A stretch of DNA of 63,537 nt, taken from assembly GCA_041583035.1 (NCBI GenBank), contig JBFHGP010000001.1, positions 1-63,537 on the forward strand, given 5' to 3'. The position numbers and the translations under genes were made by a program. The notes beneath the pieces are model-generated. The model was not told the DNA's origin. It searched no databases and saw only the letters and a list, made by a program, of their open reading frames with translations. Of this stretch, positions 40,357 to 49,958 are shown one piece after another; positions within the stretch are counted from its first letter, which is position 1; every line of letters starts with the position of its first letter. The stretch comes from Flavobacterium sp. (GTDB lineage Bacteria > Bacteroidota > Bacteroidia > Flavobacteriales > Flavobacteriaceae).

Positions 40357-41670
40357 CTATATTTCGATGCCAATATTAACGCCTAATTTATTCGAAATCA
40401 ATTTTTGAAGTTTCAGTTTCAAATCAGGGATGGCCACCGAGGTCAACACTTCGTTGGTAAAAGCATACATCAGCAAGCCTTTGGCTTCTTTTTTAGGAAT
40501 ACCACGTTGTTGCATATAAAACATAGCCGATTCGTCTAGCTGACCAATGGTACAACCGTGTGAGCATTTTACGTCGTCGGCAAAAATCTCTAATTGTGGC
40601 TTGGTATTTAGCGTGGCTTTGTCGGTCAACAAAATATTGTTGTTTTGCTGAAAAGCGTCGGTTTTTTGAGCGATTTTATCCACAAAAATTTTCCCGTTAA
40701 AAACCCCTGTAGAGCGTTCATCAAAAATACCTTTATAGTTTTGGTGCGATTCGCAATTGGGCTCTTCGTGGTTCACCAATGTATAATGATCTACGTGTTG
40801 TTTATCGCCAATAATGGTGATTCCTTTTAGCGTAGAATCGATGCGTTCGCCTTTTTGGTAAAAATTCAGATTGTTTCGGGTTACGTTTCCACCAAACGAA
40901 AAAGTGTGTACAGATACGCGACTTTCTTGCTTTTGTTCGATATAAGTATTGTCAACCAAATTGGCAGTTTGCACATCGTTTTGCACTTTGTAATAATCTA
41001 CAATAGCACGTTTTGCAGCAAAAATCTCAGTAACGCTGTTGGTAATCATAGGCGTATCGGATAACGATTGATGACGCTCAGTGATTTGCACATGTGCGTT
41101 TTCGCCTACAATAATCAAGTTTCTGGGCTGCACAAAATTTGCTGTGTCACCAGTAGTAAAATACAAAATCTCGATGGGTTTTTGCACCACCTTAGACTTG
41201 GGTATGTTGATGTAAGCACCTTCGTAGGCGTAAGCCGTATTGAGGTTGCTAAGGCTGTCATTTTTGTTGATGGTTTGATTAAAATAAGTATCAATCACCA
41301 TTTTGTATTTTGGTTTTGTCAATGCCGACGACATCAAACAAACATCGATACCATCGTGTGTGGTTGATGACAAATGCGAGGCAAAAACACCGTTGATAAA
41401 CACCAGTTTGTAGGTGTCTACATCGTTCAAAAAATATTTTTTAATATCTTTCCATTCGATGTCCGATTCGTTTTTTGGCAATATATTGTAGTCATTCGCC
41501 AAAATAGCATTGAGCGAAGTGTATTTCCAAGCTTCGTCTTTTTTGGTCGGGAAACCTTTATCTTCAAACACTTTTAGGGCATCGATACGCGTGTTGTGCA
41601 AAGCAGCATTGATGTCTACTTTTTGTTCAAATGCCAAAAAAGAGGATAGTAATTTTTCTTTTAATTCCAT
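40357..41670 (-). CDS. sufD: Fe-S cluster assembly protein SufD
   Basis: FPTKKDEAWKYT, VFNGKI, KPQLEIFADDVKCSHG. Confidence 0.96.
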   Translation of the reverse strand: MELKEKLLSSFLAFEQKVDINAALHNTRIDALKVFEDKGFPTKKDEAWKYTSLNAILANDYNILPKNESDIEWKDIKKYFLNDVDTYKLVFINGVFASHLSSTTHDGIDVCLMSSALTKPKYKMVIDTYFNQTINKNDSLSNLNTAYAYEGAYINIPKSKVVQKPIEILYFTTGDTANFVQPRNLIIVGENAHVQITERHQSLSDTPMITNSVTEIFAAKRAIVDYYKVQNDVQTANLVDNTYIEQKQESRVSVHTFSFGGNVTRNNLNFYQKGERIDSTLKGITIIGDKQHVDHYTLVNHEEPNCESHQNYKGIFDERSTGVFNGKIFVDKIAQKTDAFQQNNNILLTDKATLNTKPQLEIFADDVKCSHGCTIGQLDESAMFYMQQRGIPKKEAKGLLMYAFTNEVLTSVAIPDLKLKLQKLISNKLGVNIGIEI

Positions 41671-41681
41671 TTATTTCTTTT

Positions 41682-41751
41682 GTTTAAAGTTTAAAGTTTG
41701 TTTTGTTCAAAGTTGTATTACCTTAAACTTGGAACTTTAAACCATTTAAAC
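41682..41751. repeat. Heptamer-periodic inverted repeat (GTTTAAA...TTTAAAC)
   Basis: GTTTAAAGTTTAAAGTTTG..GTTCAAAGTTG followed by CTTAAACTTGGAACTTTAAACCATTTAAAC. Confidence 0.8.
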
Positions 41752-41755
41752 TAAA

Positions 41756-42493
41756 TTATTTTACCCAATCGTAGCCTTTTTCTTCCAATTCTAAGGCCAA
41801 TTCTTTACCGCCGGTTTTCACGATTTTTCCGTCGTGCAACACGTGTACAAAATCAGGAACAATATAGTCTAACAAACGCTGGTAGTGTGTAATCACGACT
41901 ACGGCGTTGTTTTTGTTTTTTAATTTGTTTACACCGTTGGCTACGATGCGCAAAGCATCAATATCTAAACCAGAATCGGTTTCGTCCAAAATGGCAACTT
42001 TTGGGTTGAGCATCGCCATCTGAAAAATTTCGTTACGCTTTTTCTCTCCACCCGAAAAACCTTCGTTTAACGAACGTGACAAAAATTTGCGGTCGATTTC
42101 TAACAATTCAGATTTTTCTTTGATCAACTTCAACATCTCGTTGGCAGGCATATCTTCCAAACCATTAGCCTTGCGCGTTTCGTTAATCGCTGTTTTCATG
42201 AAATTGGTTACCGATACACCCGGAATCTCAACAGGGTACTGAAAAGACATAAAAATGCCTTTGTGGGCGCGCTCTTCTGGAGCCAAGTCTTCTAAGTCTT
42301 CGCCATCCAAAATGATTTCGCCTTCAGTCACCTCAAAGTTTTCGTTACCAGCAATTACCGATGATAAGGTAGATTTACCCGCACCGTTTGGCCCCATGAT
42401 GGCGTGTACTTCGCCAGCTTTTACCTCAAGGTTTATTCCTTTTAATATCTCTTTGTCTTCTACCGAAGCATGTAAGTTTTTTATTTGTAACAT
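41756..42493 (-). CDS. sufC: Fe-S cluster assembly ATPase SufC
   Basis: GPNGAGKST, FSGGEKKRNE, LDETDSGLDIDAL. Confidence 0.98.
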   Translation of the reverse strand: MLQIKNLHASVEDKEILKGINLEVKAGEVHAIMGPNGAGKSTLSSVIAGNENFEVTEGEIILDGEDLEDLAPEERAHKGIFMSFQYPVEIPGVSVTNFMKTAINETRKANGLEDMPANEMLKLIKEKSELLEIDRKFLSRSLNEGFSGGEKKRNEIFQMAMLNPKVAILDETDSGLDIDALRIVANGVNKLKNKNNAVVVITHYQRLLDYIVPDFVHVLHDGKIVKTGGKELALELEEKGYDWVK

Positions 42494-42499
42494 TCTTGT

Positions 42500-42534
42500 A
42501 AAGTTTAAAGTTTAAAGTTTAAAGTTTAAAGTCT
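42500..42534. repeat. (AAAGTTT)x4 plus one degenerate copy, directly upstream of the sufC start
   Basis: Perfect tandem heptamers at 42500-42527, then AAAGTCT. Confidence 0.95.
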
Positions 42535-42578
42535 TGATGCGTCTAAACTGTACTCTCTTATTTTTTAATCTATTTTTA

Positions 42579-42972
42579 TTATTGAAACTTTGTTCCTTTA
42601 AAATTATTTTTATTTAAATAACCAATGAAGTTATTAATTTTTCCGCTTAATTTTTCATATTCAGCAATCAAAAAATCAAACCTTTCTTTGTTGATGTAAT
42701 CGTTGTCATACAAACGATAAATTTGTGATCGCACTTCTCCTGCCGATCGATCCCTTAGCTATCGATAGAAATTGTCTAAATTCCATGTTTCCGTTCCGTT
42801 CAAAACCTTCCGCTATGTTATCCATTACAGAGCCCGATGCAGCTTTTATCTGTTCTTTAAATCTAAAGTCGGTTTTCAACTCTGTATGTTTGGCAATGTC
42901 TACAATTTCTTTAGAGAGTTTTCTTGCTTCTTGCCAAATCTCTAGATCTTCAAATCTTTTTATTGTAGCCAT
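42579..42972 (-). pseudogene. Four helix bundle protein (23S rRNA IVP / TIGR02436-like), frameshifted
   Basis: FEDLEIWQ, SVMDNIAEGFER, FLSIAKGS, then a 4-bp duplication (GATCGATC, 42745-42752). Removing it restores AGEVRSQIYRLYD...KGTKFQ*, a 129-aa protein (span 394 = 390+4 nt). Confidence 0.9.
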
Positions 42973-42979
42973 TAATTTT

Positions 42980-43052
42980 AGTTTAAAGTTTCTTCTGTTC
43001 AAGGTTTAAAGTTCTACACAATCATGTAACATTGAACTTTAAACATTAAACA
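42980..43052. repeat. Heptamer-periodic inverted repeat
   Basis: GTTTAAAGTTTC..GTTCAAGGTTTAAAGTTC followed by ATTGAACTTTAAACATTAAAC. Confidence 0.8.
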
Positions 43053-43059
43053 AATTAAG

Positions 43060-44508
43060 TTAACCAACACTTCCTTCTAACGAAATTTCTAATAATTTTT
43101 TGGCCTCTACAGCAAATTCCATAGGTAGCTTATCCAAAACCTCGCGTGAAAATCCGTTCACAATCAGCGCAATAGCTGTCTCTGTTGGGATGCCACGTTG
43201 GTTGCAATAAAAAATCTGATCTTCACCAATTTTACTGGTAGTGGCTTCGTGCTCTAATTTTGCCGTAGAATTTTTTGATTCTATGTACGGAAAAGTATGT
43301 GCGCCACATTCATTACCCATCAACAATGAGTCACATTGAGAGAAGTTACGGGCGTTTTCTGCACGCGAACCTATTTGCACCAATCCACGGTATGAGTTTT
43401 GTGATTTTCCGGCCGAAATCCCTTTCGAAATAATGGTTGATTTGGTGTTTTTTCCTAAATGAATCATTTTGGTACCGGTGTCAGCTTGCTGATAGTTATT
43501 GGTAACAGCGATAGAGTAAAATTCGCCTACCGAGTTATCTCCTTTCAAAATACACGATGGGTATTTCCAAGTAACTGCCGACCCGGTTTCAACCTGTGTC
43601 CATGAAATTTTGGCGTTTTTCTCTGCCAATCCTCTTTTGGTTACAAAGTTGAAAACACCACCTTTGCCGTCTTTGTTACCCGGAAACCAGTTTTGCACGG
43701 TCGAATATTTGATTTCGGCATCTTTCAAGGCAATCAACTCTACCACAGCGGCATGCAATTGATTTTCGTCACGCATAGGCGCGGTACAACCTTCGAGATA
43801 AGAAACGTACGATTCTTCGTCTGCAATCAACAAGGTGCGCTCAAACTGTCCTGTTCCTGCCTGATTAATTCTAAAATAGGTTGATAACTCCATCGGGCAA
43901 CGCACGCCTTTCGGGATGTAACAAAAAGATCCGTCAGAGAATACTGCCGAGTTTAGCGCAGCATAAAAATTGTCAGATCTTGGCACTACTGTACCGATGT
44001 ATTTTTTGACCAACTCTGGATGTTCTTTGATGGCTTCTGAGATCGAGCAAAAGATAATGCCTTTTTCGGCAAGAGTTTCTTTAAAGGTCGTGGCTACCGA
44101 TACCGAGTCCATCACGATATCTATGGCCACGTTGCTCAATCTTTTTTGCTCTTCGATAGAGATACCTAGCTTGCGGTACATTTCGAGCAATTCTGGGTCT
44201 ACCTCGTCGAGCGACTTTTTTTGTTCCTTTTTTTTGGGTGCAGAATAATACGATATGGCCTGAAAATCAGGTTTTTCGTAACGTACGTTTGCCCATTCGG
44301 GTTCTGTCATTTCTTGCCAAATTCTAAAAGCCTCCAATCGCCATTCTGTCATCCATTCGGGCTCTTCTTTTTTCTTAGAAATGGCGCGAACAATATCTTC
44401 GTTGAGACCAACAGGAAAAGTTTCGGACTCTATATCAGTATAAAATCCGTACTCATATTCTTTGGTTTCTAATTCTTTCTTTAATTCTTCTTCGGTGTAT
44501 TTGCTCAT
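43060..44508 (-). CDS. sufB: Fe-S cluster assembly protein SufB
   Basis: [48 protein letters not shown]. Confidence 0.98.
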   Translation of the reverse strand: MSKYTEEELKKELETKEYEYGFYTDIESETFPVGLNEDIVRAISKKKEEPEWMTEWRLEAFRIWQEMTEPEWANVRYEKPDFQAISYYSAPKKKEQKKSLDEVDPELLEMYRKLGISIEEQKRLSNVAIDIVMDSVSVATTFKETLAEKGIIFCSISEAIKEHPELVKKYIGTVVPRSDNFYAALNSAVFSDGSFCYIPKGVRCPMELSTYFRINQAGTGQFERTLLIADEESYVSYLEGCTAPMRDENQLHAAVVELIALKDAEIKYSTVQNWFPGNKDGKGGVFNFVTKRGLAEKNAKISWTQVETGSAVTWKYPSCILKGDNSVGEFYSIAVTNNYQQADTGTKMIHLGKNTKSTIISKGISAGKSQNSYRGLVQIGSRAENARNFSQCDSLLMGNECGAHTFPYIESKNSTAKLEHEATTSKIGEDQIFYCNQRGIPTETAIALIVNGFSREVLDKLPMEFAVEAKKLLEISLEGSVG

Positions 44509-44511
44509 AAT

Positions 44512-44580
44512 AAGTTTTAAGTTGTAGTTTTAAGTTTAAGGTTTCAAGTTTTTGAACGTTAAACCTTGAATTTAAAAACT
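44512..44580. repeat. Degenerate heptamer-periodic inverted repeat
   Basis: AAGTTTTAAGTTGTAGTTTTAAGTTTAAGGTTTCAAGTT followed by TTGAACGTTAAACCTTGAATTTAAAAACT. Confidence 0.7.
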
Positions 44581-44588
44581 ATACATTT

Positions 44589-44918
44589 TTAAAGCGAAAA
44601 ACTCTCTCCACAACCGCATGTTCTCGCTGCGTTGGGGTTGTTAAAAACAAAGCCTTTGCCGTTGAGCCCACCCGAATATTCGAGGGTAGTGCCTACTAGG
44701 TACAAAAAACTCTTTTTGTCAACGACAATTTTTACGCCGTTGTCTTCAAACATTTTATCATTGTCGGTCAGTTGATCATCAAATTTGAGTTCGTACTCCA
44801 AACCTGAGCAACCTCCGCTTTTTACGCCTACTCTGATAAAGCCTGTTTCGGGATTAAATCCGTCGTCTTCCATCATGAGTTGCGCTCTTTTAGCTGCTGA
44901 TTCTGATACTTTTATCAT
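44589..44918 (-). CDS. sufA: A-type Fe-S carrier (HesB/IscA/SufA family)
   Basis: GGCSGLEY, NPNAARTCGCGESF. Confidence 0.93.
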   Translation of the reverse strand: MIKVSESAAKRAQLMMEDDGFNPETGFIRVGVKSGGCSGLEYELKFDDQLTDNDKMFEDNGVKIVVDKKSFLYLVGTTLEYSGGLNGKGFVFNNPNAARTCGCGESFSL

Positions 44919-45027
44919 GCTTATACAATTTACCCTGCAAAGGTATCAATAATTTATTGATTTTTGAACTTTTGCAGGGTAATAAGATGCTTTTAACTTA
45001 TGTATAACTTTTGGTGAAATAGGTTGA

Positions 45028-45870
45028 TTAATCGATAAATTCGATGTTTGATTCTACCAGTTTTTTGATTGGGATCATTACTACGGTGCCGTCTGATTTT
45101 TTTATTTTGGCGTTGATGTTATCTACCGATATAATTTTACCTTCTATGTTTTCGTTTACAATTTTTACTTTTTGGTCGCTATTGAGGTTTTTTCTAAGGT
45201 AATAAGAAAAAACGATCTCTTTGACCACGTCTTTTGCTCCAAAACCAAAGGCTAAGGCAAAGGCTGCGACAAATCCGCCGATGATAACACTGATGTTGCT
45301 TGTGATTAGGGAGGTGTCTATGCCAGCTTGGTTGAGCCCCATCAAGATAAAAAATAACATGAGCCCAGTAACAACAACGCTTACCAATACATTAGCAGCA
45401 CTGGTGTTTTCTACAAAAGAGAGTGACGCGCTTAGTTTTTGTTTGATCCAATTGGCAATAAAAATACCGGCCAATATAATTAAAATACCGCTTGCTAATT
45501 TTGGTAAATAAGCCAATAAATCATTGACCATATCGGTGACTCCTTGCATGTCAAAAATATCGGCTCCGATGATGACAAATATCAAAAATAAAAAGGCTCT
45601 GAAAAGTGTAATGATGATGGCGCCAACTTTTATTTGGATGTTGTTTTTGTTTAAAAAGTCTATTTTTTCATACATCTGATCGAGCTTGTCGACTTTTGTT
45701 AAAGAAAGTAGTTTTTTGGCAAAAACGATTGACAATTTGAAGATAAAATAACAAATGACCAAGTAGGCTATCAATGCGAGAAAATCCCATGCAAAATCTT
45801 TGATTTTGAGCAACCAATCGTTGATAGTTGAAGTTGAGTTTGCCAAATGTTTTTCGTAAAGTTCGTCCAT
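45028..45870 (-). CDS. Mechanosensitive channel (MscS / conserved TM-helix repeat) family protein
   Basis: Repeated TM helices, YLPKL, ALAFGFGAKDVV, short C-terminal beta domain. Confidence 0.8.
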   Translation of the reverse strand: MDELYEKHLANSTSTINDWLLKIKDFAWDFLALIAYLVICYFIFKLSIVFAKKLLSLTKVDKLDQMYEKIDFLNKNNIQIKVGAIIITLFRAFLFLIFVIIGADIFDMQGVTDMVNDLLAYLPKLASGILIILAGIFIANWIKQKLSASLSFVENTSAANVLVSVVVTGLMLFFILMGLNQAGIDTSLITSNISVIIGGFVAAFALAFGFGAKDVVKEIVFSYYLRKNLNSDQKVKIVNENIEGKIISVDNINAKIKKSDGTVVMIPIKKLVESNIEFID

Positions 45871-45878
45871 AGCTTTGT

Positions 45879-46061
45879 TTATTTTTTGTTGTCTTGAGGG
45901 TTATTTCTGAAAAAACTGAGTGCAGAGTCGGGGATATTTACGAAAAATAACTCCGAGAGGTCTAGCGTTAACCTGATGATGTTGATGTCGTCTAACACCT
46001 TCTCTTTCAAGTAAGCGGGCAGCTCTTTTTCTTCAATTACTTTTTTGAAAGGGTTCTCCAT
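45879..46061 (-). CDS. Small conserved protein downstream of the ECF sigma factor
   Basis: 60 aa MENPFKK...LKEKVLDDI...DLSELF; tightly spaced in the operon. Confidence 0.75.
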   Translation of the reverse strand: MENPFKKVIEEKELPAYLKEKVLDDINIIRLTLDLSELFFVNIPDSALSFFRNNPQDNKK

Positions 46062-46063
46062 GT

Positions 46064-46624
46064 CTATCTTAGTTCTAAAACTCGTTTTTTGGCTCTTTGC
46101 AATCGCATTTTTACCGCACTTTCTTTTATTTTGAGTAGTTCAGCAATATCTTTTACTGACAGATCATCTTTGTATTTCATCAGCAAAATGGCCTTGTCTT
46201 CAATGTCTATTTGATTCAATATCTCTTGCAAACGAGTATAGTTTATTTCGAATAACTCGCTGTCACTGATGTCTTCTTCGGGCTGTTCAATATTGTGAAC
46301 ATCTTCGTATAAATCTTGGTTTTCTTCTGGTTTCTTCTTGCTTGATTTTACATAATTCAGGCAATGATAATACGCGATAGAATATATCCAAGTAGATAGT
46401 TTTGACTCTCCTTTGAAGGTTTTTAGATTGAGATATATTTTGATAAAAATATCATGCGTCAAATCTTGCGCTTTTTCATCACTATCTACAAAGGTATAGC
46501 ACTGGTTATATACTGCTTGAGCAAACCGGTCGTACAATACGGCAAATAGTCTTTGGTCTTTGGTCGATAAAATTTTCTCGACCAAAGCATCGTCAGACAA
46601 TTCTTCTTCTATTTGATTACTCAT
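46064..46624 (-). CDS. ECF RNA polymerase sigma factor
   Basis: Region 2 AQDLTHDIFIK...STWIYSIA; region 4 SVKDIAELL..ESAVKMRLQRAK. Confidence 0.95.
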   Translation of the reverse strand: MSNQIEEELSDDALVEKILSTKDQRLFAVLYDRFAQAVYNQCYTFVDSDEKAQDLTHDIFIKIYLNLKTFKGESKLSTWIYSIAYYHCLNYVKSSKKKPEENQDLYEDVHNIEQPEEDISDSELFEINYTRLQEILNQIDIEDKAILLMKYKDDLSVKDIAELLKIKESAVKMRLQRAKKRVLELR

Positions 46625-46701
46625 TAACAGCGCCTATTTTTGTGGGCAAATATACATATAATTTTAAAACTAGTTTTTTGTGGCGTGTAAGTTGCTGTAA
46701 A

Positions 46702-47724
46702 TTAGTCTTTTTTCTTTCGACTAGCGAGCGACCATATAATCGACGCACCTAGTACAGAGCCTATGATAGCTAAGGATACTGTCGACTCAAAATGGTAATA
46801 TGGCATGATGATCATTTTGATACCAATAAATACCAAAATCACGGCCAAGCCATAGTGGAGTTTTGAAAACAAATCCATCGAATTGGCCAATAAAAAATAC
46901 ATCGAACGAAGCCCCAATATCGCAAAAATATTTGAGGTATAAAGGATAAATGGGTCGTCTGGAGCGATGGCAAATATTGCCGGAATGCTATCTACGGCAA
47001 ATACCAAATCGGTGATTTCGATGACTGCCAAGGCAACAAACATCGGGGTTACCATTTTTGCGCCGTTTTGTACCGTAAAAAAGTTGTCTTTGTCAAAGGT
47101 GTTGCTGACTTTAAAAAATCGGTTAACCAAGCGTACACCAAAGTTTTTTGACATATCTACCTCTTCGGCGTCTTCCTTCTCAGGCATGCCTGACTTTACT
47201 CCTGCAAAAAGCAAAAATATACCAAACACAAACAAAACGACGTTGAGCTGCCTTGGGTCGCCAGCTTCGTCAACGCCCAAAAACGGTAGGGTTACATAAG
47301 TGAGTTTGATGAGTTCGACGCCGGCAAAAATAAAAATTGCTCTAAAAAATAGTGCACCTAAAATACCCCAAAACAATACTTTGTGTTGATAATCTTTCGG
47401 GATTTTAAAAAATTTAAAGACCAAGATAAATACAAACAAATTGTCTACCGACAGGGCTTTTTCTATCCAATATGCTGCTTGGTATTTCGAAAAATTGTCT
47501 GTGATGCCGTAGGGTTTGTCCAATATCCACCATACTACGCCGCTAAAAACCATTGAGAGTGAAATCCAAACAATGGTCCAGCCTAAGGCTTCTTTGTTGG
47601 AGATCGTGTGACTTTTTTTATTAAATATACCTAAGTCTAGCAAGAGCATAATAATTACTGCAATGCCAAAACCCCATATCAGCCATGGGTGGTTAATCAT
47701 GTGATCTTCTGGAATGTTGTTCAT
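46702..47724 (-). CDS. TerC/Alx family metal homeostasis membrane protein
   Basis: EKALSVDNLFVF, DLVFAVDSIPA, SNIFAILGLRSMYF. Confidence 0.94.
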   Translation of the reverse strand: MNNIPEDHMINHPWLIWGFGIAVIIMLLLDLGIFNKKSHTISNKEALGWTIVWISLSMVFSGVVWWILDKPYGITDNFSKYQAAYWIEKALSVDNLFVFILVFKFFKIPKDYQHKVLFWGILGALFFRAIFIFAGVELIKLTYVTLPFLGVDEAGDPRQLNVVLFVFGIFLLFAGVKSGMPEKEDAEEVDMSKNFGVRLVNRFFKVSNTFDKDNFFTVQNGAKMVTPMFVALAVIEITDLVFAVDSIPAIFAIAPDDPFILYTSNIFAILGLRSMYFLLANSMDLFSKLHYGLAVILVFIGIKMIIMPYYHFESTVSLAIIGSVLGASIIWSLASRKKKD

Positions 47725-47727
47725 GTT

Positions 47728-48726
47728 TTAGTTGAGTTTGTCGGTCAATTTTTTAAATACCTTTTTAGGATCTTTGTTGTTGTATAAAATATCGTACACC
47801 GCATCGATAATCGGTGTTTTTGCGCCCAAATTTTCGTTGAGTAAATAAGCGCTTTTTGTAGCGTAATAACCTTCGGCGACCATGTTCATCTCCATCTGTG
47901 CCGATTTTACCGTGTAGCCTTTACCTACCATATTGCCAAACATTCTGTTGCGCGAAAATAGCGAATAGCCTGTAACGAGCAAGTCGCCCAAATATTCAGA
48001 ACCGGTGATGGTTCTTTTCATTTTGTGTACTTTTTTGATAAATTTTTTCATCTCGCGAATGGCATTGCTCATCAATACGGCCTGGAAGTTGTCGCCATAG
48101 CCCAACCCGTGCGCCATACCACAAGCTACGGCATAAATATTTTTGAGCATTGAGGTATATTCTATCCCCAAAACATCGTCAGATATTTTTACATTGATAT
48201 AATGGCTCTTGAGGCAAGAGGCCACCTGCTGTGCGTTGGTGTCGCTAAGGCTAGCAATAGTGAGGTAAGAGAGTCGCTCTAGGGCAACTTCTTCTGCGTG
48301 GCATGGCCCTGCAATCACCACTATTTGTTCGCGGTCTAAGTGATATTGTTGATGAAAATGCTCGCCAACAATAAGCCCAGTCTCAGGGATAATCCCCTTG
48401 ACTGCCGATATAATGATTTTTTCGCTAATGTCAACCGTCAATTTGTCGAGCTCTTTTGATAAAAAAGCAGACGGAATTGCAATGACTAAATAATCAGCAT
48501 AGTTGACCGCATCGTTGATATTGTTGGTCAAAAACAACTGGTTGGTGTCAAACTCTACCGAGCTTAGGTAATTGGGGTTGTGTGCGTTTTCTTTGATTTC
48601 TTCGATAGCAAACTCACTTCGCATATACCATGCTATTTGCTCTTGGTTTTCGCACAGCATTTTTGCGATAGCTGTTGCCCAGCTACCTCCGCCGATTACT
48701 GCAAATTTTGGTTTTTTGTGAGTCAT
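47728..48726 (-). CDS. gpsA: NAD(P)H-dependent glycerol-3-phosphate dehydrogenase
   Basis: GGGSWATA, GPCHAEEV, LKNIYA, YLGDLLVT..S..SRNR, VAEG. Confidence 0.95.
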   Translation of the reverse strand: MTHKKPKFAVIGGGSWATAIAKMLCENQEQIAWYMRSEFAIEEIKENAHNPNYLSSVEFDTNQLFLTNNINDAVNYADYLVIAIPSAFLSKELDKLTVDISEKIIISAVKGIIPETGLIVGEHFHQQYHLDREQIVVIAGPCHAEEVALERLSYLTIASLSDTNAQQVASCLKSHYINVKISDDVLGIEYTSMLKNIYAVACGMAHGLGYGDNFQAVLMSNAIREMKKFIKKVHKMKRTITGSEYLGDLLVTGYSLFSRNRMFGNMVGKGYTVKSAQMEMNMVAEGYYATKSAYLLNENLGAKTPIIDAVYDILYNNKDPKKVFKKLTDKLN

Positions 48727-48801
48727 TTTTTAGGTTGATTTATAGGCAAATTTAATTATTTTAATCAGTATTCGATAATAAAACTTTTTTTAAACAAGAT
48801 A

Positions 48802-49383
48802 TTAACGATAAAATAAATTATGGTCGATGTATTCCCAAACTTTGTCATCTAGCAACGGACGGATGTTTTTGCCTTGTGCAATGTTTTTGCGGATAAATGT
48901 AGAGGATATTTCTACTATCGGAGCATTTACTTTTTTTATTTTTGGATGATTTACCAACTCTTCAGGCAAAATAGTTGGCGTCAATCTCGGATATACAACA
49001 ATCTGATAGTCAGACAAAATAATTTCGTGGTTTTTCCACTTGTTGAGCGTGTTGAGGTTGTCTTCGCCCATGATTAATGTAAATTGGTGCGTCGGAAATT
49101 TTTCTGACAAATGTGCCAATGTATGTGTGGTATAATTGGGTTGTGGCAAACCAAATTCGATGTCTGATGGTTTGATCTTTTCATACGAATCGGTGGCCAA
49201 ATACACCATTTCTAACCGATGATAATCGGGCAACAAACTACTCTTTTTTTTGTGAGGATTGTGTGGCGTAATCACCATCCAAACTTCGTCTAAATCACCA
49301 TATTCTGCCATGTGGTTGGCAATAATTAGATGTCCTACGTGTATAGGGTTGAACGTGCCAAAAAATAATCCTACTTTTTTCAT
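48802..49383 (-). CDS. nadD: Nicotinate-nucleotide adenylyltransferase
   Basis: FGTFNPIHVGH, MGEDN, ISSTFIR. Confidence 0.96.
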   Translation of the reverse strand: MKKVGLFFGTFNPIHVGHLIIANHMAEYGDLDEVWMVITPHNPHKKKSSLLPDYHRLEMVYLATDSYEKIKPSDIEFGLPQPNYTTHTLAHLSEKFPTHQFTLIMGEDNLNTLNKWKNHEIILSDYQIVVYPRLTPTILPEELVNHPKIKKVNAPIVEISSTFIRKNIAQGKNIRPLLDDKVWEYIDHNLFYR

Positions 49384-49958
49384 GTCGATGTAATAAAATC
49401 AGCAACCAATTGATAAGCTTCTTTTTTCGCCATTTCTAATTCGTTGTTTTCGATAACTACATCAAACAGTTGAGCTTTGGCGAGTTCTTCCTCGGCTTTG
49501 GCCAAACGCATTAATATTTTTTCTTCAGATTCGGTTTTTCGACTGCGCAAGCGTTCTTCGAGCACTTCTTTTGATGGTGGTTGTACAAAAACAGCCAATG
49601 TTTGCGTCGGAAATTGTCGCTTGATATTGAGACCGCCTACTACATCAATGTCAAAAATCACATGTTTGCCCAAAGCCCAAATTCTTTCTAATTCTGACTT
49701 TAAAGTGCCGTAAAAATTGTCTTTGTAAACCTCTTCGTATTCCAAAAAATCGTCTTCTTGTATATGTTTTCTAAACTCATCAATCGACAAAAAATAATAA
49801 TCTTTACCGTGTTTTTCTTCTCCGCGCGCTGCTCTAGATGTTGCCGATACCGAAAAATCTAGTTGCAAATCGGGCTGTGCCAACAAATGTTTGACTAATG
49901 TGGTTTTGCCAGAGCCAGACGGGGCCGAAAATACAATGAGTTTGCCTGTGTGTGCCAT
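49380..49958 (-). CDS. gmk: Guanylate kinase
   Basis: APSGSGKTT, SVSATSR, FYGT, DIDVVG. Confidence 0.97.
   Translation of the reverse strand: MAHTGKLIVFSAPSGSGKTTLVKHLLAQPDLQLDFSVSATSRAARGEEKHGKDYYFLSIDEFRKHIQEDDFLEYEEVYKDNFYGTLKSELERIWALGKHVIFDIDVVGGLNIKRQFPTQTLAVFVQPPSKEVLEERLRSRKTESEEKILMRLAKAEEELAKAQLFDVVIENNELEMAKKEAYQLVADFITST

Noticed and set aside
38513-43002. Diversity-generating retroelement (variable paralogs near a bAvd-like gene)
   Set aside because: No reverse transcriptase in the window, and differences between paralogs are not confined to adenines.
41680-44585. CRISPR array
   Set aside because: Repeats are 7-nt tandem units without unique spacers, and no cas genes are present.
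47720-47735. yybP-ykoY riboswitch upstream of terC
   Set aside because: Only 3 bp separate gpsA and terC, leaving no room for a leader.
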